A stretch of DNA of 64,000 nucleotides from Bacteroidales bacterium (GTDB taxonomy: Bacteria; Bacteroidota; Bacteroidia; Bacteroidales; GCA-2748055), in assembly GCA_023138875.1 (NCBI GenBank), contig JAGLOO010000049.1:688-64687 (forward strand), written 5' to 3'. Below, piece by piece: positions 18,803-27,642 of this stretch; the stretch's first letter is position 1, and each line of letters opens with the position of its first letter. Below the pieces are notes generated by a model. The model was not told where the DNA came from. It did not search any database and saw nothing but the letters and a program-made list of their open reading frames with translations. Made by a program: the position numbers and the translations under genes.

Positions 18803-18821
18803 TATATCTGGATTTTAGTGG

Positions 18822-19133
18822 TTATACACAACTTGCTGGTTTAGGAATACCCGCAAACCTGGATGAAAATTTCAGTGGTCCGCCTGGGAACAATCCATAC
18901 AATCCTTTGATGTCCACAATCCCGGATTTCCCAACCCTTCGGATGGTGAGTGTTTCACCCTTTTCATTGCTCTTGCGGAGGAATTCAAGCACTTCATAAT
19001 GCTTCTCAGTAAGTTCAATACCATCTTCTTTTGCCAGTTCCGCAGCTATTTCCCTGTTCCACTGGGAGGCATCGACCATATATCCCTCATCGTTTACTTC
19101 AATGGTCTGTCCTGCAATTGTTTTTTGTGCCAT
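18822..19133 (-). CDS. TusE/DsrC/DsvC family sulfur relay protein (single-Cys, TusE-like)
   Basis: 103 aa; W..E.A..LA...GI.LTE.HW-like core (here HYEVLEFLR). C-terminal arm ends ...GIPKPASCV with the invariant penultimate Cys. No second Cys ~10 residues upstream. Confidence 0.8.
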   Translation of the reverse strand: MAQKTIAGQTIEVNDEGYMVDASQWNREIAAELAKEDGIELTEKHYEVLEFLRKSNEKGETLTIRRVGKSGIVDIKGLYGLFPGGPLKFSSRFAGIPKPASCV

Positions 19134-19154
19134 AACTTTATGATTTAAAGGTTA

Positions 19155-19823
19155 TTAATTTATATTATTCTTGCTCAAGTTCTTCATAAATGTGACAAAG
19201 AAACCAAGCGCTTTCTTCATTTCAGGTTTGTTCATTTCACGCATCACCTTGAAAACAGAGTACTGGGGAATATCGTCCATTTCGAGGCTTGCAAAAACCC
19301 TGACCGCATTGTCTACCGATTTCAGCATCTCCGGCTGGGTCAGGTTCTTTACGGTATCCATGATGGCCACAACGTTATCCGCGAGCATCCGCACATCCTC
19401 CACATCATAATGGGTAACTATATTATCAATGATGCGACCAAACTCCTTCATGAATTCAAAATATCCCTTCTGTTCAAACTCATGGAGTTTTTTGGTGGTA
19501 TCGATGATCACTTCATTGACAATAGGTCCCACATCCTTCATAAGATCCATGGTGCTGCCCAGGGTATCAAGCATTGAATTGAAATTCCCTACATTCTGCG
19601 CAAGCCTGATACCAAGTTCCCTGAGTTGGTCTGGTTCCAGGACCACTTCATGATCATCCAGTGCTTTTACCGTAGAATCATACACATCCTTACCGATAAT
19701 TGATGCATCTGCAATGAGATCATCAATGGCCTGGGATTTAAGTCTTTGCTGGTTTACATATTCCAGGATCGTGTCGACCTTCTGGTTCAACTCAGCAATC
19801 TGCTTTGAATTATTATCTGCCAT
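19155..19823 (-). CDS. DUF1641 domain-containing protein
   Basis: C-terminal MNKPEMKKALGFFVTFMKNL matches the DUF1641 signature (..dP.v.rgLgf.l.flk.l). This family typically sits next to SQR/NADH-dehydrogenase-like flavoproteins. Confidence 0.55.
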   Translation of the reverse strand: MADNNSKQIAELNQKVDTILEYVNQQRLKSQAIDDLIADASIIGKDVYDSTVKALDDHEVVLEPDQLRELGIRLAQNVGNFNSMLDTLGSTMDLMKDVGPIVNEVIIDTTKKLHEFEQKGYFEFMKEFGRIIDNIVTHYDVEDVRMLADNVVAIMDTVKNLTQPEMLKSVDNAVRVFASLEMDDIPQYSVFKVMREMNKPEMKKALGFFVTFMKNLSKNNIN

Positions 19824-19833
19824 GTCGAATCAA

Positions 19834-21072
19834 TTAATCAATTGAATTTTTCTTACCGGCCATGGTCATATGTGCTTCAATGGGCATCTCCTTACCCCGC
19901 AACAATATATGCCAGTATATCCAGCGGAAGATCATTTTACCGTAATGGTTGATTTTGGTATTCCTTAATAATCCGAACGGTCCAATCCCCGGCAGTGGAA
20001 ATGTGCCCGGTAAAGGCTCAGTGTCATAATTGAAATCGATCAATGCCCCTTTTCCATAACCTGTCTCAATGTAACAGTTGGCATGTCCATCAAATTTTGC
20101 GGTCAGCGGTCTGTTCTCGAAGGCATTCATCATATTCTCAAAAAGAATCTCTGAGGCAAAGTGAGCCACAGAACCGGCCTTTGATGTGGGCAGATTACCA
20201 GCATCACCAAGTACAAAAATGTTCTCAAATTTCTTCGATTGAAGCGTCTCCTTATCTGTCTCAACATAATTCATGTCATCACCCAGTCCACTGCGCTCAA
20301 TCATCTCAGATCCCATGTTCACAGGTACAATGGTAAGTACATCAAAGGGGATCTCCTGCTCATCATATGATTTCAGTACTTTCTTTTCATTATCCACACT
20401 TTCAAGGTAAAAATCGGGTACCACATTGATGTTCTTCTCCTCAAGGAGCTGACTCAGCATTTTAGTAGCAATGGGTTTTGTGAATGCACCGGCCAGGGGA
20501 GTAACGAAAGTGATGTCCACCTTGTCGCGGATTCCTTTTTCAGTAAAATAGGCCTCAGCCAGGCAAACAAACTCAATGGGTGCTACCGGACATTTGAAGG
20601 GCAATTCGGCTATACACAGGACCAGCTTTCCGCCTTCCCAGGTCTTAAAGAACTGCTGTAATGCAACAGCCCCTTCAATTGTATAAAAATCGAAAATGCT
20701 TTTATACCACTGTTCACCTTGCAGTCCCGGTGTCTCATCCGGACGTGTCTGGGTTCCTGTAGCGATGATCAGGTAATCGTAATTCAGGGTACTTCCATCC
20801 ATCAACAGGACCTTATTATGATCACCCTCGACCCGGTCTATCTCCTGGTAAATAACCTTAACCCCCGATGGAAAGAAATCTCCTTTGGGCTTGATCACGT
20901 CCGACTTGTTATAGATCCCAAAAGGAATAAACAGGAATCCTGGCTGGTAGTAGTGGGTTTTATGCTGATCCACGATGGTGATCTCCCATTCCTGGTGGTC
21001 CAGGGCTTTATACAGCTTGTTGCCCATCATGGTGCCGGCTGTACCCCCGCCTAAGATTAAAATCTTTTTCAT
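19834..21072 (-). CDS. NAD(P)/FAD-dependent oxidoreductase, sulfide:quinone oxidoreductase-like
   Basis: N-terminal KILILGGGTAGT FAD motif. Candidate redox cysteines in FKCPVAPIEF and GHANCYIETG. FVLGDAGNLPTSKAGS FAD tail. 412 aa. Confidence 0.75.
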   Translation of the reverse strand: MKKILILGGGTAGTMMGNKLYKALDHQEWEITIVDQHKTHYYQPGFLFIPFGIYNKSDVIKPKGDFFPSGVKVIYQEIDRVEGDHNKVLLMDGSTLNYDYLIIATGTQTRPDETPGLQGEQWYKSIFDFYTIEGAVALQQFFKTWEGGKLVLCIAELPFKCPVAPIEFVCLAEAYFTEKGIRDKVDITFVTPLAGAFTKPIATKMLSQLLEEKNINVVPDFYLESVDNEKKVLKSYDEQEIPFDVLTIVPVNMGSEMIERSGLGDDMNYVETDKETLQSKKFENIFVLGDAGNLPTSKAGSVAHFASEILFENMMNAFENRPLTAKFDGHANCYIETGYGKGALIDFNYDTEPLPGTFPLPGIGPFGLLRNTKINHYGKMIFRWIYWHILLRGKEMPIEAHMTMAGKKNSID

Positions 21073-21174
21073 ATTATTGCTATTTATTACTAATGAGTTG
21101 CATTGTTGAAAACAATACTCTGTTTTTGCTGTTACAAAAATAACGGTACCGATCCACTGTGATCTTTATAACGA

Positions 21175-21228
21175 TATGATAATTATCATAACATGATAAC
21201 TATCATTTCAGGATATGTTGGCCAACAT
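21175..21228. promoter_or_regulatory. cluster of palindromic operator candidates in the sqr-like / crp-fnr divergent region
   Basis: 16-bp perfect palindrome TATGATAATTATCATA (21175-21190), ATGATA-N2-TATCAT (21193-21206) and 14-bp perfect palindrome ATGTTGGCCAACAT (21215-21228). The first two contain a TGAT-N4-ATCA core (FNR box is TTGAT-N4-ATCAA). Confidence 0.45.
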
Positions 21229-21241
21229 CAATACATGATAA

Positions 21242-21928
21242 ATGGACCCGAGCTGCAACTGTGAATTATGTGAGTTAAGAGAACTTCTTGTCGCTAACCT
21301 GGAAGGTGATCACCTGGATATCATTTGCTCCGGAAAGGTGGAAAAGGAGTATAAGCAGGGAGAATCCATTATCAAAGAGGGAACACTGATCAAGGACTTC
21401 ACCTACCTGAAAAGTGGACTGGTAAAGCTTTTTCGCACCGACAGTTCAGGTAAGGAACAAATCATCACCATCGCCAAACCATTTGACTATGTAAGTCTCC
21501 TGAGTGTGTTTTCCAACAACCGGTATAACTACTCTGTTACAGCACTTGAAGACTCGGTTACCTGTCACCTGAAAATGAATGACATCAGGACCATGGCTGA
21601 AGATAACGGAACTTTGGCCCTCAGCTTATTAAAAAATATGAGCAGGGTGGCAGACAAGATTATCCTTGATACATTGGAGATTCGCAAGAAACACTTGAGG
21701 GGACGTGTGGCCTACCTGTTGATCTACTTTTCACAAAATGTATACTACTCTCCGGAATTTGACCTTCCCCTGACCAGAAAAGAGATGGCCGAATTTGTGG
21801 GCATGACCACTGAGAACGTGATACGGTCCTTGAGTGAGCTCAGAAGGGACGGAATTCTGAAGATCTATGGCAAAACCATCCAGATCATAAATATGGATAC
21901 GCTAAAATCCATTGCAGAATTCGGCTAA
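21242..21928 (+). CDS. Crp/Fnr family transcriptional regulator with N-terminal cysteine cluster
   Basis: cNMP-binding-like beta-roll (GESIIKEGTLIKDFTYLKSGLVKLF) and C-terminal HTH (RKEMAEFVGMTTENVIRSLSELRRDGIL). The N-terminus MDPSCNCELCEL has C5, C7 and C10. Confidence 0.85.
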   Translation: MDPSCNCELCELRELLVANLEGDHLDIICSGKVEKEYKQGESIIKEGTLIKDFTYLKSGLVKLFRTDSSGKEQIITIAKPFDYVSLLSVFSNNRYNYSVTALEDSVTCHLKMNDIRTMAEDNGTLALSLLKNMSRVADKIILDTLEIRKKHLRGRVAYLLIYFSQNVYYSPEFDLPLTRKEMAEFVGMTTENVIRSLSELRRDGILKIYGKTIQIINMDTLKSIAEFG

Positions 21929-22178
21929 GTTCTCCATGATATTAAATTCGGCACTGCATCAATTGCAAAACAATTGCGCTAATGTGCCTCATTTAACATC
22001 CTTCCGAAAGGAAAGGTTATCCAATTAAAATCTCCTGTTATACTTCTCACATAACAATTACGATTTAACACTAATAACATAGCTCTATGGCCTATTTGTT
22101 ACTTTTATCTTGCTTTTAATTATAATTTCATATATTTAAGGCCTGTTTTATAATAATTTGTAACAATTCGATATAACT

Positions 22179-23765
22179 ATGTGTGGATTTTCAGTGTATA
22201 CAGGTGGAGACAAGATGCTGAGGCTAAGTGTGGTCAGCGAATTTCAAAAGATAAAATACCGGGGACCCGATAACAGCGTTGCAGCAGACTTCGGTGACAA
22301 AGGGTGGATGGGCTTTCACAGGTTAAAGATCATCGATACCTCCAACGAGGGTAATCAGCCCCTGATTTATAAAAAGCTTCACCTGGTGGCCAACGGGGAG
22401 GTATATAACTACCAATCCCTGATGGAGGAGTACAAGGATAAGTATGATTTTCAATCAGAAAGTGATTGTGAAGTAATCATCCCCATGTTCCTTGAGCTTG
22501 GAATACTGGAGACCGCCAGGAAACTGGATGCTGAATTTGTATGTGTGATTTATGATGCCGATCTGGATAAATATTTTGCTGCAAGGGATCCTGTGGGTAT
22601 TCGCCCCATGTTTTATGGTTATGCTTCAGATGGGAAGATCATGTTCGCCAGTGAAATGAAAGCCTTGAGCGAGTTGTGTGAAGAGGTGAAGCCATTCCCT
22701 CCAGGTCACATTTATGATGGGGAAACATTCATTTCATACAGAGACATATCTGAGGTTACTGCTTTTACCGACGACGAGATGGAGGATGTTTTCCTGAAGA
22801 TCAATGAGCTGCTAACAAAAGGGGTGGAGAAAAGACTGCATGCAGATGTACCGGTTGGTTTTCTTTGCAGCGGCGGACTCGATTCCAGCCTGGTTTGTGC
22901 CATTGCGGCACGAATGATGGACAAACCAATTAAAACCTTTGCAGTGGGAATTGATAAGGATCCCATTGATACCAAATACGCAAGAATTGTAGCCGACTAC
23001 CTGGGAGCGGACCATACAGAGGTGCTTTTCACAAAACAAGACATCTTTGATACATTGAGTACCCTTATATATAACATTGAAACCTATGACATCACCACCA
23101 TCAGGGCTTCAATGGGGATGTTCCTGGTAAGCAAATATATCTCTGAGAACACCGATATCAAGGTGCTTATGACCGGTGAGATCGCCGATGAGATCTTCGG
23201 ATACAAGTACACCGATTTTGCCCCTACTCCAGGTGCCTTCCAGGCGGAGGCTAAAAAAAGATTGCGGGAGATACATATGTATGATGTTCTCAGGGCCGAC
23301 CGCAGTATCTCCTCCAATGGCCTTGAAGCCAGGGTTCCCTTTGGTGACCTGGAGTTCGTGGAGTATATTATGAGCATTCCGCCTGAAAAGAAGATGAACT
23401 TTACGGGTGTGGGAAAATACCTGCTACGTCAGGCATTTGAAGGAGATTACCTCCCCCATGATATACTCTACAGGGAAAAAGCAGCCTTTTCAGATGCAGT
23501 GGGACACAGTGTGGTAGACAACCTGAAAGCCTACGCAGAGGAAATGTACAGCGATGCTGATCTGCTCGCGGCCAAACACCGTTACATGCACGCTACTCCC
23601 ATTTCCAAGGAGTCGCTCATGTACCGCGATATCTTTGAATCCCACTTTCCGGGCCGCTCAGAAGCCGTTGCCGGTTTCTGGATGCCCAATAAGGAGTGGG
23701 AGAACTGCGATGTAGATGACCCAAGTGCCAGGGTATTGCCTAACTACGGGAAAAGCGGAGAATAG
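22179..23765 (+). CDS. asnB: asparagine synthase (glutamine-hydrolysing)
   Basis: N-terminal MCG nucleophile (Ntn amidotransferase), PP-loop SGGLDSS and an AsnB-type C-terminal synthetase domain. 528 aa. Confidence 0.9.
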   Translation: MCGFSVYTGGDKMLRLSVVSEFQKIKYRGPDNSVAADFGDKGWMGFHRLKIIDTSNEGNQPLIYKKLHLVANGEVYNYQSLMEEYKDKYDFQSESDCEVIIPMFLELGILETARKLDAEFVCVIYDADLDKYFAARDPVGIRPMFYGYASDGKIMFASEMKALSELCEEVKPFPPGHIYDGETFISYRDISEVTAFTDDEMEDVFLKINELLTKGVEKRLHADVPVGFLCSGGLDSSLVCAIAARMMDKPIKTFAVGIDKDPIDTKYARIVADYLGADHTEVLFTKQDIFDTLSTLIYNIETYDITTIRASMGMFLVSKYISENTDIKVLMTGEIADEIFGYKYTDFAPTPGAFQAEAKKRLREIHMYDVLRADRSISSNGLEARVPFGDLEFVEYIMSIPPEKKMNFTGVGKYLLRQAFEGDYLPHDILYREKAAFSDAVGHSVVDNLKAYAEEMYSDADLLAAKHRYMHATPISKESLMYRDIFESHFPGRSEAVAGFWMPNKEWENCDVDDPSARVLPNYGKSGE

Positions 23766-23792
23766 GTTCAGTTTGTAAATAGCGCTTCAAAT

Positions 23793-23830
23793 CCCTGTCA
23801 GGACACCTTGTTTCTGACAGGGATTTTCTT
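23793..23830 (+). terminator. intrinsic terminator after asnB
   Basis: 9-bp stem CCCTGTCAG (23793-23801) / CTGACAGGG (23814-23822) followed by ATTTTCTT. Confidence 0.7.
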
Positions 23831-23898
23831 ATGCTATAACCCAACGTATTAAAAATAATTACGATTTCTCTTGACATGGGATTACTTTTGTATTAGAT

Positions 23899-23936
23899 TT
23901 GTACGATATATGTCCTTTCGTACTCATTTCGTACAA
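23899..23936. promoter_or_regulatory. candidate TetR operator
   Basis: TTGTACGA (23899-23906) and TCGTACAA (23929-23936) form an 8-bp inverted repeat. TTTCGTAC is directly repeated at 23916 and 23927 (11-bp phasing). The site ends 3 bp before the TetR ATG. Confidence 0.35.
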
Positions 23937-23938
23937 TC

Positions 23939-24529
23939 ATGAACGTATCGTCAAATCCCAAGCGAAAAACAATCCTTCTGACCGGAAAAGAACTCTTTTG
24001 GAAATTTGGCATCAAAAGGGTAACCATTGAAGAGATATGCATGGAAGCGGGCGTCAGTAAAATGACGTTTTACAAATTCTTCTCCAATAAAATGGATCTG
24101 GTCAGAACCATCATGGATGACATATTTGATATCTCGCTGAAAGAATACCGCAGTATCATGGATAGTGATTTGCCTTTTACTGAAAAGGTTAGTCAGTCGA
24201 TCCTTTTAAAGCGGGAACAAACCAAAGCCATGAGTAGTGAATTCTTCAGCGATTTCTATGGTCACGCAGATCCTGAGATGGTTGAATACTTCGAGCAGTT
24301 GAAAAATAAAAACATCCAGATGATCGCCGATGATTATGCCAGGGCTCAGAAAGACGGTGACATCAGACAGGATATTAAGGTGGAGTTTATTATCTATTTT
24401 CTGAATCAGCTTCTGGAAATGACCCATGATGATAAGCTCCTCAATCTGTATGACCATCCCCAGGATATGATTATGGAGATCACAAAGTTCTTCTTTTATG
24501 GCATTCTCAACCGGGAGGTACATACATGA
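23939..24529 (+). CDS. TetR/AcrR family transcriptional regulator
   Basis: N-terminal HTH (GIKRVTIEEICMEAGVSKMTFYKFFSNK) and a helical ligand-binding C-terminus. Its stop overlaps the next start (ATGA at 24526). Confidence 0.85.
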   Translation: MNVSSNPKRKTILLTGKELFWKFGIKRVTIEEICMEAGVSKMTFYKFFSNKMDLVRTIMDDIFDISLKEYRSIMDSDLPFTEKVSQSILLKREQTKAMSSEFFSDFYGHADPEMVEYFEQLKNKNIQMIADDYARAQKDGDIRQDIKVEFIIYFLNQLLEMTHDDKLLNLYDHPQDMIMEITKFFFYGILNREVHT

Positions 24530-25680
24530 AACTATCTGCGCCCATATATAGCTGCACACTGTTCATGATTACGGCTGTCCTGCTGCATTCATCAACAGTG
24601 GGGGCCCAGACCCTGGGATTTCAAGGTCAGGCTATTGGATGGACCACGTTGAATCCATCTGATCCCTTCCAGGCCCAGGCTGGATTAAGATATATTCCGG
24701 AACTTTCTTTCTCTCTCCCTGCCGGGAACTACTCCCTGGAGGGTGAATTCTCTGCCAATCTGTGGGGCAGCGGGACAATGTTCACCGGAGACAGCATTGT
24801 ATTTGATGAACAACTCTCCCCCTACCGCATGTGGATCCGGTTTTCGGGAGACCAGTTCGAGATAAGGGCCGGACTGCAGAAAATCAATTTTGGGTCGGCC
24901 ATGATGTTCAGGCCGCTCATGTGGTTCGACCGCATTGATCCCCGGGATCCACTTCAACTGACCGACGGGGTGTATGGATTGCTTGGTCGATATTACTTTC
25001 TCAACAATGCGAATATCTGGCTCTGGGGCCTCTACGGGGATGATAAAACCAAAGGATGGGAAGTTTTTCCGTCGAAGAAAAGCAGCATAGAATACGGTGG
25101 CCGCATCCAGGTGCCTGTTTACACGGGCGAAATCGCTGCCTCTTATCATCATCGCACTGCAGATCCCTCGGATGTGATGCCCGATTCAATCATCAATGGA
25201 GCTACCTATCCGGAAAACCGGATTGCCCTGGATGCCAAAATTGACCTGCTGGTGGGCCTGTGGTTTGAGGCCGCAATCAGCCACCAGGATCTGGACTTCA
25301 CCCCGATGCAATATAAATCACTTCTTAATGCGGGTATGGATTACACCTTTAATCTTGGAAACGGCGTAACCATGATGACCGAAGTCTTCGGATTCCTGCA
25401 GGGAGCGAATCCATTCGGAGCTGATGAGAAAATTTTATTCGGCCTCCTGTCGGCCACCTACCCCATCAATCTCATTCACAACCTGAGTGCCATGGTATTT
25501 TACGATTTCGCAAACAAGGACATTTACCGCTTTATAAACTGGGGAATTACCTACGACAGGTGGAATTTCTATGTAATGGGATATTGGAATCCGGACACCT
25601 ATAACCTCTATAACCTGGATTACCAGACCACTCTATACAGTGGCTGGGGTTTCCAGCTGATGGCAGTATTTAACCACTAG
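24526..25680 (+). CDS. putative outer-membrane beta-barrel protein (unknown family)
   Basis: Signal peptide ...LLHSSTVGAQ. Aromatic/glycine-rich alternating strands throughout. Translationally coupled to tetR and upstream of the ABC genes. Confidence 0.5.
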   Translation: MKLSAPIYSCTLFMITAVLLHSSTVGAQTLGFQGQAIGWTTLNPSDPFQAQAGLRYIPELSFSLPAGNYSLEGEFSANLWGSGTMFTGDSIVFDEQLSPYRMWIRFSGDQFEIRAGLQKINFGSAMMFRPLMWFDRIDPRDPLQLTDGVYGLLGRYYFLNNANIWLWGLYGDDKTKGWEVFPSKKSSIEYGGRIQVPVYTGEIAASYHHRTADPSDVMPDSIINGATYPENRIALDAKIDLLVGLWFEAAISHQDLDFTPMQYKSLLNAGMDYTFNLGNGVTMMTEVFGFLQGANPFGADEKILFGLLSATYPINLIHNLSAMVFYDFANKDIYRFINWGITYDRWNFYVMGYWNPDTYNLYNLDYQTTLYSGWGFQLMAVFNH

Positions 25681-25730
25681 CTTTACCTGTTAAGACAGAT
25701 AAAATAATACGATAAATAGTTTCACTATTA

Positions 25731-26441
25731 ATGCATAATAAAATGAAAAACGGCACAATCATCACCATTCAAAACCTCATTAAGAGGTTTCCCATTGGTG
25801 GAGGCGAGTTCACAGCCCTCAACGGCATCAACCTTTCATTTGAGAAGGGCGAGTTTTCCGGTATTGTCGGACCCAGTGGCTCCGGCAAGACCACCATGCT
25901 GAACATCATGGGCTCACTGGACACCCCTACGGAAGGAGAAACCGAAGTACTGGGGACCACATCATCTGAGATGACTCCCAGGTCGGCTGCTTTTTTAAGG
26001 AAGAAGCATATAGGATTCATTTTCCAGACTTACAACCTGATGCCTGTCTATACGGTATTTGAAAATGTTGAATTCCCTTTGTTGTTGCTCAAGATGCCCT
26101 CTTCTGAGCGCAGGAAGGCGGTACTGGAGGCCCTCGAATGGGTGGGGCTCACTGATAAGATCAAATCCAGACCACCCCAGCTTTCAGGAGGCGAGAGCCA
26201 AAGGGTAGCTATCGCCCGTGCGATGGTAAAAAAACCGGACCTGGTTCTCGCCGATGAACCTACCGCAAACCTGGATGCTAAGAACTCTCACCATATCCTC
26301 CAGACCATGGAGAAGTTGAACAAAGATCTTAAAACTACTTTTATTTTTGCCACCCATGATGACAAGGTGATCAAATACCTGAACAGGATCATCAGCCTTG
26401 AAGATGGTAAAGTGGTTTCAGATGAAAGCATAAAGAAATAA
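25731..26441 (+). CDS. ABC transporter ATP-binding protein (MacB/LolD-like)
   Basis: Walker [11 protein letters not shown]-loop, signature [14 protein letters not shown] and Walker B LVLADEPT. Confidence 0.9.
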   Translation: MHNKMKNGTIITIQNLIKRFPIGGGEFTALNGINLSFEKGEFSGIVGPSGSGKTTMLNIMGSLDTPTEGETEVLGTTSSEMTPRSAAFLRKKHIGFIFQTYNLMPVYTVFENVEFPLLLLKMPSSERRKAVLEALEWVGLTDKIKSRPPQLSGGESQRVAIARAMVKKPDLVLADEPTANLDAKNSHHILQTMEKLNKDLKTTFIFATHDDKVIKYLNRIISLEDGKVVSDESIKK

Positions 26442-26451
26442 TACCAGAGCC

Positions 26452-27624
26452 ATGATCGCATTGAAATTAGCCATACGTAATTTACTGGGAGCAGGACTAA
26501 GAACCTTTCTTATTGTAATTGTACTCTCGGTAGCATATTTCCTGATCATCTTTATGAACGGGATTTACCAGGGCTGGGACAAACAGGCCAGAATTGAGAT
26601 GATAGCGTGGGAAGTGGGAGAAGGACAGTACTGGCAGGAAAACTTTGATCCTTATGACCCTGTTACACTTGTAGACGCGCATGCTGTAATACCTGAAGCA
26701 TTCAAAAAGGATGTGGAAAATGGAAATGTAGCGGCTTTGTTATACACGCAGGCAACAATTTATCCGGAAGGCAGGATGCAGGGCATCATGTTGAAAGGTA
26801 TCGGTGTTAATCAGAAGGCGATTGCCATCCCATCGGCCCAGCTGATTGCTGAGGAAGGTGACATTCCCGCACTCATCGGGACCAGGTTTGCAAAAAATGC
26901 AAAACTGGAAATAGGGGATTATGTACTGATCCGGTGGAGAGATGTGAATGGAACTTTTGACGCAACCGAGATAAAGATAGCGGGTATTTTTTCCACAGCT
27001 GTACCCGCAGTAGATGCCGGACAGGTATGGATTCCGCTGGACATGATGCAACGGATTACCGGTATGCCCGGAGAAGCAACCATGATAGTTAAGGGTCGGG
27101 ATGCAGAAATGCCTGCAGATGTGGCTGGATGGGAATTCAAGGATCATTCGTATTTGTTCGCTGCACTTGAGGCCCTGATACAGTCTAAAACGATCGGTGG
27201 TTCTGTGTTTTACGGGATTATGCTGGCCCTTGCTTTGCTGGCCGTATTTGACACCCAGGTGCTTTCCATTTTCAGGAGACAGCGTGAGATCGGCACCTAT
27301 ATTTCCATGGGGATGACCCGCCGGGAGGTGGTGGGATTGTTCACTGTGGAAGGAGCAATGCATGCAGTTCTGGCACTCTTCGTGGGAGCAATCTATGGAA
27401 TCCCTCTTCTTCTTTATTTGCAGAATAAGGGAATTGGAATGCCGGAGGGAACCGACGAATTCGGGATAGCCGCAGCAGAACGCATCATGCCTTATTACAG
27501 TGTCGCCTTGATTGTAGGTACTGTGATTGTGGTCATGATTGCCACAACCATCATCAGCTATATGCCAGTCCGCAAAATTTCAAAGATGAACCCCAATGAT
27601 GCCATCCGGGGAAAAATTCAATAA
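26452..27624 (+). CDS. ABC transporter permease, FtsX/MacB-like
   Basis: N-terminal TM, a large periplasmic domain, and a C-terminal FtsX 3-TM bundle (REIGTYISMGMTRREV). Confidence 0.8.
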   Translation: MIALKLAIRNLLGAGLRTFLIVIVLSVAYFLIIFMNGIYQGWDKQARIEMIAWEVGEGQYWQENFDPYDPVTLVDAHAVIPEAFKKDVENGNVAALLYTQATIYPEGRMQGIMLKGIGVNQKAIAIPSAQLIAEEGDIPALIGTRFAKNAKLEIGDYVLIRWRDVNGTFDATEIKIAGIFSTAVPAVDAGQVWIPLDMMQRITGMPGEATMIVKGRDAEMPADVAGWEFKDHSYLFAALEALIQSKTIGGSVFYGIMLALALLAVFDTQVLSIFRRQREIGTYISMGMTRREVVGLFTVEGAMHAVLALFVGAIYGIPLLLYLQNKGIGMPEGTDEFGIAAAERIMPYYSVALIVGTVIVVMIATTIISYMPVRKISKMNPNDAIRGKIQ

Positions 27625-27642
27625 CCTATAAATCCTATAATC

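Noticed and set aside
21175-21206. The GATAAT/ATGATAA-rich palindromes could be read as a Fur box (GATAATGATAATCATTATC).
   Set aside because: The match to the 19-bp Fur consensus is only partial, and no iron-related gene flanks the site. The adjacent Crp/Fnr regulator and the TGAT-N4-ATCA spacing give a simpler explanation. It cannot be excluded without binding data.
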